Assembly: GCA_951406725.2 (NCBI GenBank)
Contig: OX597819.1
Coordinates: forward strand, 94,612,001 to 94,676,000
Direction of reading: 5' to 3'
Length of the DNA: 64,000 nt
Source: Octopus vulgaris
Lineage: Eukaryota
The position numbers and the translations under genes were made by a program. Shown here one piece after another: positions 62,262-64,000 of this stretch. Each line of letters starts with the position of its first letter. Positions within the stretch are counted from its first letter, which is position 1. The notes below the pieces were generated by a model. The model was not told the origin of the DNA, ran no database searches, and saw only the letters and a list, made by a program, of their open reading frames with translations.

Positions 62262-62406
62262 CAAGCATGGGTAGCCTTTTCGGGATGCAGTCCGCATGAG
62301 ATATGGAACATCATCAGACGGGCCGTACTACTAAAAAATTTTCAAGGTAATTTTTCGTTTGTTTGGCATTCAGAAAGTTCCGCGGGTCACAGTTTGCCCA
62401 TAACTG
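62262..62406. mobile_element. hAT-type MITE
   Basis: CAAGCATGGG...GCCCATAACTG; TSD gtacagat/gtatagat. Confidence 0.7.
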
Positions 62407-62499
62407 GTATAGATTAACATTAAAACAGTTTTAGAAAAGCTGGAAGTAGCTAGGGATGGTTCTACAAAACTCGACTCTGCCAACGATATCTCATCAGAC

Positions 62500-62753
62500 C
62501 AGTGCTTCTCAAACTATCTGAAGTGACGTAGCGGTAATTTTTTTTCCAGTGTGCCAGGGACTGGTAATATTAATTTATACCGGAAACAATATATATAATG
62601 AATATAATAATTTTTAAAAAAATCTTATATATATTTTGTAAACAAATAATACAATATTACATAAGCATTTTATAATGTTTTTGTTTTTTTTTCTGGAAAT
62701 TGGCCGCGTACCGGCAGCTGATGGCTCGCGGACCATCACTTTGAGTAGCACTG
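62500..62753. mobile_element. hAT (Charlie/Buster-type) MITE
   Basis: CAGTGCTTCTCAAA...TTTGAGTAGCACTG; TSD catcagac/cattagac. Confidence 0.85.
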
Positions 62754-63560
62754 CATTAGACAACATAATCCTAAACATAGAAAAGAAGCCAGAGTCTCTT
62801 TAATTATATGTCCGCTCGATCAGAGCTGACATCAATTTTAAACAACAGTGCGATATAAACATATCCCAAGCAGTAAGAGGATTGTCATCAATGAGAGAAC
62901 TTTCTCCAAGCTGGATTTTAAATGTATCAATTTGGCTGCTATTTCTTGCATGTTGAGTAACTACGCTGGGACCTTCCTTTGCTGGCTCAAAGTAAACTTG
63001 GTTTTTATTTATTTAAGCCCCAGATCAGCCTTGGTCGAACAGACTTATAATAAAAAAGCTTTCCAATCGTGACCATTCTGTAGAAACTACATTCTATGCT
63101 ATATCCCTTATTTAGTCTATAAGGAGTATCTAGTTGCTATTTCCCGAAGATCGTGCAACCTCTAAGAATTTCTATTGGGGAACACCGATCGCGACAAGCC
63201 GGCACCCAAGAAGAAATGTTAGGAGCGATACAGCAGCTACACAACAATACTCTCGTCTCCTAAAGAGCAATTCATTCATTCATCCTCTCTCTCTCTCTTC
63301 CTTCCTCCCTTCTTCTCCTGTCTCCATTCCTCTCTCCCTTCCTCTCCTCTATCCCTTCTATCTCTCTTCCTAGAGACCCATCGTATACACGCGCGCACGC
63401 ACATATATTTGTGGTATGTGTCTATTTGTTCCCTACCACCGCTTGACAACTGGTATGGGTTTATTTATGCCACTGTAATTTTGTATTTCATTAAGAGAGA
63501 CCGATAGAATAAGTACTAGACTTAAAAAATAAGCACTGACGTCAATTTGTTTGACTAAAC

Positions 63561-63792
63561 CAGTGGCACTCAACCATTTTTTGCCTATGGACGGACCCCT
63601 TTGATTCCAATCTATAACCATTCAATGTTTAGAAAAAATCCTATTATATTTTTATCATTAAATATTATTTGGAATTGTATTTAAAAATTTTTTGTGTATT
63701 GTAGAGGTATAACCAATTTATTGCAAATAAATTTTTAACAAAATCTTATGTGGAATCCCAAGGACCTTATGGACCCCAGTTGAGAACCACTA
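63561..63792. mobile_element. hAT (Charlie/Buster-type) MITE nested in a SINE
   Basis: CAGTGGCACTCAAC...GTTGAGAACCACTA; TSD gactaaac/gactacac; SINE sequence on both sides. Confidence 0.85.
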
Positions 63793-64000
63793 GACTACAC
63801 CCTTCAAGGCGATGCTTCAACATGGCCGCAGCCCAGTGACTGGAACGAGTAAAAGGTAAAATATACCTTGAGATAAAAAGAACAGATCCTATACGCTATA
63901 AATCTTTCCTGCAATTAGACCTGGACACAATGCAGCAATGGATTACTGAAAGGCAACTCAAGCTAGCTGTGGACCAGCGCATCACTATGCATTTTGGGAG

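Overview
Eukaryotic, AT-rich, repeat-dense animal genomic DNA. The repeat families resemble those I associate with octopus genomes; this species call is inference only. Two spliced protein-coding genes lie on the minus strand, both reconstructed by hand with GT-AG introns and consistent phases. (1) Syntaxin-16 is complete: 8 coding exons, 60959 to 31017, 311 aa. (2) A compact PALB2 orthologue has 8 coding exons visible, 17073 to 705, with an N-terminal coiled coil and a C-terminal WD40 domain; its last exon lies left of the window. Introns and intergenic DNA hold decayed mariner, hAT/Buster, Merlin-like, Helitron, Gypsy, RTE, CR1 and Penelope-like elements, several tRNA-derived SINE families and microsatellites. 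Most short ORFs in the track are spurious or transposon remnants. I see no clear new multi-gene system. The best leads are the minimal PALB2 architecture, a near-identical inverted repeat pair bracketing STX16 exon 5, a TTAGGG-carrying MITE, a CpG-rich palindromic MITE beside the PALB2 start, a 5'-inverted LINE and a degenerate hammerhead-like motif near a Penelope RT.
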